Assembly: GCF_006345805.1 (NCBI RefSeq)
Contig: NW_021828083.1
Coordinates: 1-36,680 of the forward strand
Length of the DNA: 36,680 nucleotides
Reading direction: 5' to 3'
Origin: Octopus sinensis
Taxonomy: Eukaryota
Below are positions 22,465 through 33,400 of this stretch, piece after piece. Every line of letters starts with the position of its first letter. Positions within the stretch are counted from its first letter, which is position 1. The notes below the pieces were generated by a model. The model ran no database searches, had not been told where the DNA came from, and saw nothing but the letters and a program-made list of their open reading frames with translations. Position numbers and translations under genes: made by a program.

Positions 22465-22814
22465 GTTTGTTTCAGCAAATGGTCTGCGGCCATGCTGGGG
22501 TACCGCCTTGAAGTGTCTTAGTCGAAAGAATTTCCTGCCAAACCGCTAACTTATGACGACGTAAACAAACCAACACCGGTTGTCAGGCGCCGGTGGGATC
22601 AAACAGTGGCACACACATGTACACACACACAAACACACAAATTATGTGTGTGGGGGGGGTGTTCCTATTTCCGTCAACCAGATCTAAACGCAAAGCATTC
22701 GTCGGCCCAAGGCTAAATAAAAAACACTTGCACAAGCTTCCACGCTGTAGGATTGAACTCGGAGCCACATAAATTCGGAAATAAAGTTCCTACACACAGC
22801 CACACCTGCGTCTA
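22465..22814 (-). mobile_element. Degraded SINE family A
   Basis: Tail ctgcggccatgctggggtaccgccttg through head cacacagccacacctgcg. Confidence 0.8.
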
Positions 22815-23333
22815 AACATCCATCAGTGTTTAGAACGTCATAAATTCATCGAAGATGTCATTAAGACGTCATCGAAGTCATAAGGTCTTCGATTCGCTCA
22901 CAATGCGTTCTGTCATTGGGCAAGTGTCTTCTTAAAATTCTCCAAGTTTCTTCCCCAGGAATTAATAGCCATTTTTCTTGTCACTCATTGTAGGAAGCGG
23001 GTTTGGAGGATTAGTTGGACTTATTTGTGAAATGTTGGAATAAGTTTAATGAGAAAGCAGATCATGGCATCAAAGAAATGGAACTCCCATCATAAAAACC
23101 GGTGGTGAATCATTTACTTTACTTCTGTACAGACAATTATACACACATCATATATACATATGTATATTTAAATATATATATACATATATACATATATACA
23201 TATATACATACACATTTTAATCCGAGGGGAGGCAATGTGAGCAGCAACTACAAGAACAATGCAAAAACCACAGAAGATTAAGCACGTACATAAATTCATA
23301 TATTCATTTATATCTACGGAATATATATATATA

Positions 23334-23384
<51 letters not shown>

Positions 23385-24537
23385 TATATCTATATATATT
23401 ATATATATATATATATACATATATATACATACATAAAATTAGTGTACATTTAAACACATAAGATGAGCCTTGACAAGAAACCTAGCATATTAGAAGGACC
23501 AGTCAAATTCCAAACCACGGTTAGGGGTCATTTCGAAGGGAATGAAAAATATATATATATAAATGCATGTGTGTGTGTGTATAATATCTACGGTTGTAGC
23601 TGTGTGTTTGTATATATGTGTGGTGTGTGTGAGTGAGCGACATTCATGAGCACATATGTTCAAAATGAAGAGTAATTTGCTTGTTAATAGTGGTTAAATA
23701 CATTTGTATATGATGTTTTGTATACACAGACACATACAAATACACACACACAGATACACATAAACACACACACAGATATATATGTATATACACACAAACG
23801 TGTCTATGTGTATATGTTTGTGTGCGCGTGTGTGTCTGTATTTGTAGAAGAGACAGCGTCTGGTTAAATAGTCTACTGTATTGCAAGGAAAAGTCGCAAG
23901 AACTGGCCTGTGTCGGTCAGAATTGAATTGGAAATAATATGAAAAGCCTTGTTTGTGATGTGACGTGACATGAATAATTCCGACACGTTAAACTCCTTTT
24001 GTTTCTTTTGTGTTTTTTTGCTTGTTTGTTTGTTTTAACTATTTAGTTTCGTCCATTAACGTTCTGACATCAGAGGAGAGTTCTAAAGAAAGTTCAGCAA
24101 GTTCATTTATAGCGAAAAGTGAATAAGCGAACGAGGTAGGGGCTTGCCCTTCGCCTGACACTGAATAACAATAGAGAAAATGTAGTCGCTTTGATTTTAC
24201 GATAGACATTTCGATGGCTACCTAGCATTTTATTAGCTTGCAACCAATTGTGACTAAACTCTCAGACGAAAAGCCAGGATTTCGAAACGTTAGCTTGTTC
24301 AACCCCACTTATTGTAATTAAACTCAGCGGCTTCTTTGAATGTAATCTGTTGCGGACTAATTGTTGCCAGCCCAGACAATCTTCAGTCTTGTTATACAAC
24401 TGACCATAAAACTATTTTGCCACCTTTGTCTTTAGATTTTTATTGCTCCCAGGCTGTTAGAATAACACGCACACACACACATGCAAACACACACACACAC
24501 ACACACATTCACACACGTACATACATACATGCATAAC

Positions 24538-24630
24538 TGGAACTGTAAAAAATCTGTAAAACTTTCCAGAAGTTGATCATTTAAATATATATGAGCATGT
24601 CTAGATATGTAACTATAGACATGAGAACAC
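24538..24630 (+). mobile_element. R4/Dong-like LINE 3' fragment (ORF end plus start of 3' UTR)
   Basis: ggaactgtaaaa..tctgtaaaactttccagaagt...tttaaatatatatgagcatgtctagatatg matches 34777-34850. Confidence 0.85.
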
Positions 24631-24832
24631 ATACATACATACATACATACATACATACATACATACATACACACATACATACATACACACATACATACAT
24701 GCATACACAAATACATGCATACATACATACATACATACATACATACATGCATACATACATACATGCATACACAAATACATGCATACATACATACTTGCAC
24801 ATACATACATGCATACAGACTTACATACATAC
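24630..24832. repeat. (TACA)n microsatellite
   Basis: Direct reading. Confidence 0.97.
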
Positions 24833-24835
24833 ATG

Positions 24836-25493
24836 TTTCAGCCAGTTCGCCGCCTTATCGAGAAGTAAAGGAATATTTCTTCTCTGGGCACGAGACCTTG
24901 AAAGTTTTGGGGGAAGGGGGCTAGTTGATTATATTTACACCAGTGCGTAACAGGAAACTTATTTCATCGACCCCGAAAGGATAAAGGGCAAAGTCGACCT
25001 CGACGGAATTTAAACTCAGAACGTAAAAACAGACGAAATACAGCGAAACATTTCGCCCGACGTGCTAACGTTTCTGATTTCTTTATTGCCCACAAGGGGT
25101 TAATCACAGAGGGGACACACAAGGAAAGTCAAACGGATTAAGTCGGTTAGATTGACCCCAGTTCGTAACTGTTACTTAATTTATCGACCCCGAAAAGATG
25201 AAAAGCAAAGTCGACCTCGACGGAATTTGAACTCAGAACGTAATGGCAGACGAAATACCTATTTCTTTATTACCCACAAGGGGCTAAACACAGAGAGGAC
25301 AAACAAGGACAGAGAAACGGATTAAGTCGATTATATCGACCCCAGTGCGTAACTAGTATTTATTTAATCGACCCCGAAAGGATGAAAAGCAAAGTCGACC
25401 TCGACGGAATTTGAACTCAGAACGTAATGGCAGACGAAATACCGCTAAGCATTTCGCCCGGCGTGCTAACGTTTCTGCCAGCTCGCCGCCTTA
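24836..25493 (-). mobile_element. Head-to-tail array of family D SINEs: head remnant 24836-24857, copies 24858-25076, 25077-25259 and 25260-25493
   Basis: Three repeats of atcgaccccgaaa.gat...aaagtcgacctcgacggaattt.aactcagaacgtaa...gacgaaata. Confidence 0.92.
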
Positions 25494-25824
25494 ATTTATT
25501 CCCAAATATATTAAAACACAATATGCAGAACCATGTTTTTCATTCATAAGCGTGTTATACAATTCGCTGTTTCACACTCTCATATGCGTACAAACAGACA
25601 GACGTATACCGCCACAAATATTCCACTTTCGAGCAGAGGATCGCGTTATCTGTAATTCAGTTATTTATGCATTATTTATTTTTCGGTTTTAATATTTAAG
25701 GTCTCCCTTGTTAAATGCCATCGTTGACATCCTCTTATCTCTAATCATTGCAACTAATTATACAGAAATATGCCCCCGTTCATTCTCTCTTTTTCATCTC
25801 TCTCTCTCCCTCTTTCTCTCTTTA

Positions 25825-25895
<71 letters not shown>

Positions 25896-26112
25896 AGCAT
25901 GCACACACACACACACACACACACAACACACATATATATATATATATATGAAGAAAGACTGAAAAAGTGACAGGCAGATAGAGACAGGGCATAGATATAT
26001 ACATATGCATGTATCTATATGTGAGTCTATTTATGTGGGAGTATGTATATCTATATATGCATACATATACCCCCACACATATATATATATAGAGAGAGAG
26101 AGAGATAGATGC

Positions 26113-26186
<74 letters not shown>

Positions 26187-26191
26187 TATAC

Positions 26192-26402
26192 GCCATGTTG
26201 ATTCGCTAGCTTCTGCACGCATTTTTTTTTCTCTCCTTGTTTCTTTCTGTGTTTCTTTACTGTGTATCTTTCTGTTGAAGAGCGTAGGCTCGAAACGTAA
26301 AAGACTTGTTTTATTTATATTCCTGAGCGCCCTACTAATACAATTGTTTGTTTATATTCCACCTGCCTTCGTCTTTTGTTTATTTTCATAAAGCTTCCCG
26401 TT
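26192..26402 (+). mobile_element. Hammerhead-bearing repeat (putative Penelope-like pLTR relic)
   Basis: Homologous to 7335-7500 in the opposite orientation; bounded by (TA)n tracts. Confidence 0.72.
26267..26304 (+). ncRNA. Ultra-minimal hammerhead-like motif (core CUGUUGAA, stem III without loop)
   Basis: Stem I ucuuu/aaaga, stem II gagc-guag-gcuc, GAAAC-GUA; predicted cut after 26299. Confidence 0.65.
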
Positions 26403-26660
26403 ATATACATACATATATATGTATGTGTGTATTCGTATATATATATATATATATATATTACACACACACGCACATGCACACACACATACACACATACACA
26501 CACATATTGTAATCATTGAAATCGCGGAGTTGTTATGATTTTTGGACGATGACTGATGATAGAAGAGCGTGCTCGCGTCTTGTGTAGGAATTCCTCCATG
26601 CATTCATTTTCGTTTTTGTGTGCAGTTGTAAAACCTATCTGTCTATCTACCTCTGTATAT

Positions 26661-26664
26661 AGAT

Positions 26665-26751
<87 letters not shown>
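26661..26751. repeat. (GATA)n microsatellite
   Basis: Direct reading. Confidence 0.98.
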
Positions 26752-26753
26752 GC

Positions 26754-26970
26754 AAAACATACAAATCTGCACACATACATACATACATACATACATACAT
26801 ACATACATACATACATACATACATACATACATACATACATACATTACATACATACGAATATATTATGTTGATGTTATTAAAATTCTAGTGACGGAACATC
26901 GGATCTAGGTTAGAAACCAGTTCTTTCTCTGTTGGCAAAAAATCTTGAAATGAAAGTGAGGAATCACATA
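26754..26970 (+). mobile_element. R4/Dong-like LINE 3' UTR fragment with internal (TACA)n
   Basis: catacaaatctgcac...gatctaggttagaaaccagttctttctctgttggcaaaaaatcttgaaat matches 34870-35030. Confidence 0.85.
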
Positions 26971-27469
26971 CATGCGTACATACGTTTGTGTTTGTTTTTG
27001 ATTATTTATATATTACAGTTGCATTGTACATCTGTACATTTCCAGAAATTTATAGGTGCATACAACCCCCCCCCCCCACACACACACACGTATATAGTTA
27101 ACTGTATCTATAGTAATGCGTGCGTGTGTGTATTTTTGTTGGGGGTGGTTTATATTATCATCTGTTTGTGGTTTAAGACATTCGTAAATAAAGTCTATTT
27201 GATAATTCAAATCCTCAGACTTTAATTATTTGAACATTATTTGTAAACGATTTTTTCCTTCATAGAAAACGTGTGTGTTTTCTATTGCATTTGATATGCC
27301 GAAACAACCAAATATTAGTCAAATAACAGTTTCCTTCTTAGAAGCACGTATTAGTAAAAGAGGTACACCTGTATTTGTTTAATTTCCTAGTAATATATTC
27401 TAATATAAATCCAGGTGCAATTTCAACTCGGCTTAGGAACGATTTTGTTATTGATATATGCTCTTATCA

Positions 27470-27650
27470 GAATCGATGCTGCGCCGGGCAAAATGCTTCG
27501 CGGCATTTCGTCTGTTCTTCACTTCGTACTCCAGATTCTGCCGATTCATTTCGGGGTTCGATAAAATAAGTACCAGCGAACACTGAGGTGGGTGTAATCC
27601 ACTTACGCCTCCTCTAAAACTTTTGGCCTTCTGCCAAAGTTTGAAACCAG
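27470..27650 (+). mobile_element. Degraded SINE family D
   Basis: gccgggcaaaatgcttcgcggcatttcgtc...tttcggggttcgataaaataagtaccag. Confidence 0.7.
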
Positions 27651-27835
27651 TATACAGAGATACAAGGAACCATTATCGGTACCAACGTCGTCGTTGTTGT
27701 TACATTAGCCCAAAGTTAAAGCTCAATGTAAATATATTTGTATACATATGTATGTGTGTTTATGTATGCATTTATGTAAATATGTATATGTATGTATGTA
27801 GGTATGTGTGTGTGTATGCATATATGTGTGTGGGT

Positions 27836-28032
27836 ATGTCACTATTCAGTTGTATTTCAAGATTTTTTGTCAATAGAGAAAGAGCTGGTTTCTAACCTAA
27901 ATCACAGGCTCCTTGCTTAGAATTTCAACATCAACAAGAGGGTATTTTTGATTGTATGTATGTATATGTGCAGATTTGTATGTTTAGTTTTATGTATGTA
28001 TTCTCATGCATATACTTGCATATTTAGACATG
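27836..28032 (-). mobile_element. R4/Dong-like LINE 3' UTR fragment
   Basis: Reverse complement reads catgtctaaatatgcaagtatatgcatgagaat...catacaaatctgcaca...ttaggttagaaaccagctctttctctattg...ctgaatagtgac. Confidence 0.88.
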
Positions 28033-28345
28033 TTACGGTTAGGTGGAAAAAGAAAAGAGAAAGTAGCAATTTCAAATGGAAGCCGAGTGCTTGTTTTCTT
28101 TCTTTTAACAGTGGTAGTTAGACGCATGCGCAGTAAACAGTGCCTCGCAGCATTCACCATTTGTTGGTGATTTCCTACCACCAGCGGATGACGCCCTGCC
28201 CTCCAAACCATGGGTTTGTTTGGGTAGTCGTTGCTGATGAGGGTTTCATAAGGTCGGAGTGCAAATCCGACCTCAACCTTTTTTAGTCAACTTTTACGAC
28301 GCGCCGAGGAAACTTTGAGACTGTTCGATGACATGCCGGTCCTCA

Positions 28346-28474
28346 CACAGCTCTAAAGCAACTTGAAATGAAATGTTTTGCTCAAGAAAACAAAACACTG
28401 CCCGTTCCGGGAATCGAGCCCTCTGTCTGTCGATCTTCAGTGTGACACCCTAACCACAAGGCCATGCGCTTTCA
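28346..28474 (-). mobile_element. SINE B-type head/core fragment
   Basis: Reverse complement: gcgcatggccttgtggttagggtg...ctcgattcccggaacgggc...ttcttgagcaaaacatttcatttc. Confidence 0.7.
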
Positions 28475-29671
28475 TTATTGTTTTAATATATCGTTGGTAA
28501 TTATTTTTAGGTCGATTTTCTGTTAAAACCGGTTAAATTGATTTTGTATTTAGCTTATTGAGCTGAAAATCCAACAATGGCTCCAGTGGCATTTGAAACC
28601 CCAAACAGCGAAGTATATGACGCGTAGCAAATTATATAGACTCCAAGCCAATACGGAAACCTCTAAGTGGTCATTCGTTTTAGAAATAGCAGCAAAATCT
28701 AATTGAAAGTATATTCCACTCTCTTAATAAATAGGTTATAATAAATAATGTCGTCCTAGATATATCGAAGAAGACAGGGTCACTGCTAGAATATGTTTAG
28801 CCACAGTTCTACTTCATCAGCGTTGATCCGAGCTTAAATAACCACAATAATTAAATATCTTCTTGAGTATATCTGTTCATCAATTGTGTCTCGAAGAACT
28901 TCACAATGGAATATATCATCCCTTTTCTTCTTTTAACATTATTGGAATTTAATAGATAAAATCAATATACGTAGCTGCACTTCCCCTTCGCAGCCCCTCA
29001 CGTCAAGTTTAACCTCTGCCACATTTGTAAGCCATAAGAGTTAACTCGGGTCATATTTTCTCTTTATTTTCAAACTGCGACAACAATAAACCTGTCAACA
29101 ATATCGATACAAAAGTTTTCATCTGTAGATTATGGATTTATTCATCATTGTTTATAAAACGTTTTAAGGAAATGAATTAATGTGATAGAAACATGATTAA
29201 TATATCAAGCTAATCTTTAACAGCGCTGCCATTTATATTTTTTCATATAAAAGCTTACATGTTGGAATTCATTCTGTAGAACTGGTATCTATTGTTTTGA
29301 TTAGAGAATGAAAAAAACGATAAGATTTGACTGGGTAACATTTGAACTCCAATACAGAAAATTATTAATGATATTTCTTTATTAGCACGTAAAAGTCTGA
29401 TGCTCTACTAACTAAACTAAGAACACCAACGATATTTATCGATGATATTGACATTAGAATTATCTCGATGACATTTTTATGGTTTCAGATTAAAAAGCTG
29501 CTGTCTCTTCTGTTGAGATTTCAACGCTTTATTTTCTCTCACTTTATTGCCTGAATGTCAAAGCTATATTTCATCGTACGTTAGATGTTTCGGTTGTTAT
29601 CGTTGTGGTTAGAATTTCCTGTGAATTGAGTAAGTTCTATATTTGGTGACGTGTACCGGTGAGTGATGATC

Positions 29672-29816
29672 TTAAAGAATGACGGACTGTCGGACATCAT
29701 CAATCAAACAGAAGACTATAATCAGAACCAAAGAAGCTGATCCAATGACCTTGTAGATCAAGACAACTGCGGCCTTGATTCCTTCACTATATTCAGAAGC
29801 AGCGTCGTAGTCTTCT
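29672..29816 (-). CDS. Candidate terminal exon encoding a hydrophobic stretch (xEDYDAASEYSEGIKAAVVLIYKVIGSASLVLIIVFCLIDDVRQSVIL*)
   Basis: Strong pyrimidine tract plus CAG on the minus strand, 47 open codons to TAA, non-repetitive sequence; no homology recognised. Confidence 0.3.
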
Positions 29817-29954
29817 CTGAGAACGAGAACACAAGGGCAAAGGAACTCGGCAATGATTCATATCAGGGCACTTCTTTTAATCATTTCATATTTTTCGACA
29901 TCTGTATTTCGTGAGGAGATTTGTACTTCATCGTACGATTTACAGTTAACACTG

Positions 29955-30020
29955 AAACACTGGGGTCGATGTAATTGAATAATCCCCTTCTCAAAAATGT
30001 CAGGCCTTCTGCCTATATTA
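29955..30020 (+). mobile_element. 3' end of a family D SINE variant whose tail runs into (ATT)n
   Basis: ctggggtcgatgtaattg...caggccttctgcctatattagaaaggat. Confidence 0.7.
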
Positions 30021-30045
30021 GAAAGGATAATTATTACTATTATTG

Positions 30046-30083
<38 letters not shown>

Positions 30084-30212
30084 TATTATTATATTATTAT
30101 TATTATTATTATTATCATCATTATTATTATTATCATCATTATTATTATTATTATTTTATTTTTATTATTATTATTATTATTATTGATATTGTCATTGTTA
30201 TTATTATTATTA
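30021..30212. repeat. (ATT)n microsatellite
   Basis: Direct reading. Confidence 0.98.
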
Positions 30213-30400
30213 AGGCGACGAGCTGGCGGAAACGTTAGCATGTCAGGCGAAATGCTTAGCGGTATTTCGTCCGTCTTCACGTTCTGAGTTCAATTCCACT
30301 GAGGCTGATTTTGCCTTTCAATCTTTCGGGGTCGATAAAATAAGCATCAGTACTGGGGTCGATGTAATTGCCTATCCTCAGCCCCTTTGCCCCAAATAGA
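30212..30400 (+). mobile_element. SINE family D
   Basis: aaggcgacgagctggcggaaacgttagc...ttctgagttcaa...tttcggggtcgataaaataag. Confidence 0.88.
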
Positions 30401-30410
30401 GGTCTTTTGC

Positions 30411-30512
30411 CTTTATGCCTATTTCCTTTATCCATCTGTTCAGATCTTTTGGGATAGTTCCCAATGCACCTATAACTACTGGAATACATTTTATCCGCAC
30501 TTTCCATAGTCT
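30411..30512 (-). mobile_element. RLE-type (R2 superfamily) LINE ORF fragment, a different family from the 34.4 kb copy
   Basis: Minus strand encodes RLWKVRIKCIPVVIGALGTIPKDLNRWIKEIGIK; IPV(V/I)IGALG is the motif after the RLE catalytic core. Confidence 0.8.
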
Positions 30513-30849
30513 CTAACGATTCTGCCAATGCACCGCCCTAACCATTCTACAAATAACGTTATCGAAAATATAACTCGTAGAATTTCATGCTTAATAAATT
30601 CCTATATTTCTGTTTGATGCAGAACTATAAAGTTCTTCATAATAATTGTTTCATCAGGATAAAGACGATTATGGATTTATGTTTGATTTCGTTCCATAGT
30701 TATGGTTTTGTAAAGTATGGTATTTGAACATATGAACTTCGTGACAAGCAGAACAATGAATTATGGGTGTTTAATACTGGAATAAGTACAAAGTTTAGGA
30801 GAAGACTGGAGTCGAGTTGACGTCGGCCAAAGAAAGTGCCGTATAGGTC

Positions 30850-31012
30850 CAGGTGTGGTTGTGTCTTTAACAACATTGCTCCCCAACCATTTGCTTTGGG
30901 GTGGAGTTTCAATGCGCGTCACATAGGCAAGTGTCTTCTACTTTAGTTCCGGGCTAACAAAAGACTTGTGAGTAGATTTAACCAACGGAAACTGAAAGAA
31001 ACCTGGCGTGTG

Positions 31013-31106
<94 letters not shown>

Positions 31107-31470
31107 TTTTGTCTTCGTTTTTCTTTTCTTTTGGACGTTACATATATGTGTGTATGTATATATGCCTTTAGAGCGAGAGAGAGAAGAATAGAGAGAGAGG
31201 AGAATAGAGAGAGAGAAGGATGGAGAGAGAGGGAGAGAGAGAAGGATGGAGAGAGAGGGAGAGAAAAGGATGGAGAGGGAGAGAGAGAGATACGTTGCTA
31301 TGTGTGTCATTGTGCTTGTCCCACAACCACCACTTGACAACCGATGCCGGTTTGTTTACGATCAAGTAAATTAGCCTTTCGGCAAAAACCAACAGATAGA
31401 GTAAGTACCAGGTCGAACAAAAAGAGTACTAGGGTTGATCTGTTCGACCAAACCTATCACAGCGGTCAAA
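30850..31470 (+). mobile_element. SINE family A split by a ~290-nt internal (TG)n/(GA)-rich expansion
   Basis: 5' part ggcaagtgtcttctac...cggaaactgaaagaa (to about 31010) and 3' part cacttgacaaccgatgccgg...gatagagtaagtacc (from about 31300) are collinear with other A copies. Confidence 0.75.
31016..31104. repeat. (TG)n microsatellite
   Basis: Direct reading. Confidence 0.98.
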
Positions 31471-31821
31471 TAAAACGTATGAGCTCTTTTTTATATATAA
31501 ATTAGTCAAATAAGTTCATCAAGACCGCCAAATCTTTTTACATTTGTGCCGATTTGAAGGGAGTGCTTCTAAACCGGCCCAACCACCAAACGATACCACT
31601 TCAATTTGATATTGCCAACTGAACGTGCAACATATATTTTGGAACAACGGTAACTTACCAATAAAGTACAAAAGTGCAGCCATGTTATCTTTTCAGTTGC
31701 AAGTTACGAAGTACAGTGTTGATATTAGCCCGACATCTGGGTTCAGTCCCTCCCTTTTCAGAAAAGTTGTTTTAAGGTCAATTAGATCAGAGTTTAAATA
31801 GGGGCTAAATATACAGTTTAA

Positions 31822-32033
31822 ATAGGAGGCTAAACATAGAGGGGATAAACAAGGACAGACAAAGGAGTTAAGTCGATTACATCAACCCAGTACGTAAATG
31901 GTACTTAATTAACCCGAAAGGATGAAAGGCAAAGTTGACCTTGGCGAAATTTGAACTCAAAACGTAACGGTAGACGAAATACCGCTAAGCATTTCGCCCA
32001 GCGTGCTAACGTTTCTGCCAGCTCGCCGCCTTA
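31822..32033 (-). mobile_element. SINE family D
   Basis: Aligns with 25260-25493. Confidence 0.9.
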
Positions 32034-32223
32034 AAATAGTGTTTCACAAGTTGTTCGCCTACGTTTCCCCGAGTATTTTTTTCTCATCTCTCTTACTCTG
32101 TTCTTTCCACCTTTTCCTTGGGATTTTCTTTGTAAACCTGACAAATGACTATATCCGAAACGTTATTCTTTTGCTCTTGAACTTTCACTTTAATAACATT
32201 TTTCTTTCTCTCTTTCAACGATA

Positions 32224-32600
32224 ACTTGTTTCGTGACACTCCGTCGGTTACGACGACGAGCGTTCCAGTTGATCTGATCAACCGAACAGACAGCTAGTGA
32301 AATTAACGTGCAAGTGGCTGAGCACTCCACAGACGTGTACCCTTAACGTAGTTCTCGGGTGAGATTCAGCGTAACACAGAGTGTGACAAGGCTGGCCCCT
32401 TTGAAATACAGGTACAACAGAAACAGGAAGAGGAAGTGAGAGAAAGAGTACAGCAGGGTTCGCCACCACCCTCTGCCAGAGCCTCGTGGAGTTTTAGGTG
32501 TTTTCGCTCAATAAACACTCACAACGCCAGAACTAGGAATCCAAAACGCAATCCTACGACTGCTAGTCCGCTGCCCTAACCATTGGGCCATTGCGCCTCC
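32224..32600 (-). mobile_element. Full-length tRNA-derived SINE (distinct head, F tail)
   Basis: Minus-strand head ggaggcgcaatggcccaatggttagggcagcggac; 3' ~180 nt shared with 9041-9364. Confidence 0.88.
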
Positions 32601-33094
32601 GTACAATTCATTTATATTATGTGTGAACGTCCTTGGTCTTTCATTTTGTATTTGACTCTTTGACGCTTATTTATTTCTTCTCTTGTAAAATAACTGATTT
32701 ACTAGTGTTTTTTATATCTTTTATTTAATTTGAATGACTTTTCCCAGCACCGGAAAAACAGTGAGAAAATCTCTCTATCAAATCGTTTCTTTTAGATTTG
32801 TAGTGTTGAGGTTGTCTTCGTGTATGTCTATACATGAAGTGGTACGTTTATATATCTATGTGCCAGTATATGAATATTTATGCGGTTGTTTATTTATGTG
32901 TTTTATGTGTTTTCAAAATACGTATGTGTGTGAGAGAGAAAAAGAGAGAGACAAAGAGGGAGGGAGAGAGAGAGAGAGAGAGAGAGAGTGTGTGTGTGTG
33001 TGTGTGTATGTGTATGCATGTGACAACGTATAAATTTATGTCACCGTGTGTATGTAATTATATATGTATACGTAAATGTGTGGCTTCTTCTCGT

Positions 33095-33097
33095 ACG

Positions 33098-33158
<61 letters not shown>

Positions 33159-33400
33159 ATATTATATATATATATAAAATATACATATATATAATATATA
33201 CATATATATATATATATGCATATTCACACACATGTATCTGTATGCATATGTATGTATATTATATATATATATACACATACATATATATATGTATGTTTGT
33301 ATATATATACATTTATATACATATATATATATGTACACATACATACATATGTATATATATATATATATGTATATGTATGTAGTATGTATGTATGTATGTA
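33095..33400. repeat. Compound (TA)/(TG)/(TATG) microsatellite
   Basis: Direct reading. Confidence 0.97.

Noticed and set aside
24836-25493. Regularly recurring repeats superficially like a CRISPR array
   Set aside because: Units are ~200-bp SINE copies without unique spacers; eukaryotic context, no cas genes
26553-26579. CUGAUGA...gagc/gctc...GCGUC
   Set aside because: GAAAC is missing and stem I does not pair; at best an unrecoverable relic
28234-28240. CUGAUGA within the structured 28.2 kb unit as a hammerhead core
   Set aside because: No GAAA in a compatible position on either strand arrangement
28814-28820. Minus-strand CUGAUGA
   Set aside because: No stem II/GAAAC/NUH arrangement
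28188-29740. Linking the SECIS-like fold to the in-frame TGA of the plus-strand 29.7 kb frame (selenoprotein idea)
   Set aside because: The fold lies upstream of the TGA, whereas eukaryotic SECIS elements act from the 3' UTR; helix II is also weak
30651-30657. Minus-strand CUGAUGA
   Set aside because: Followed directly by AAC with no stem II
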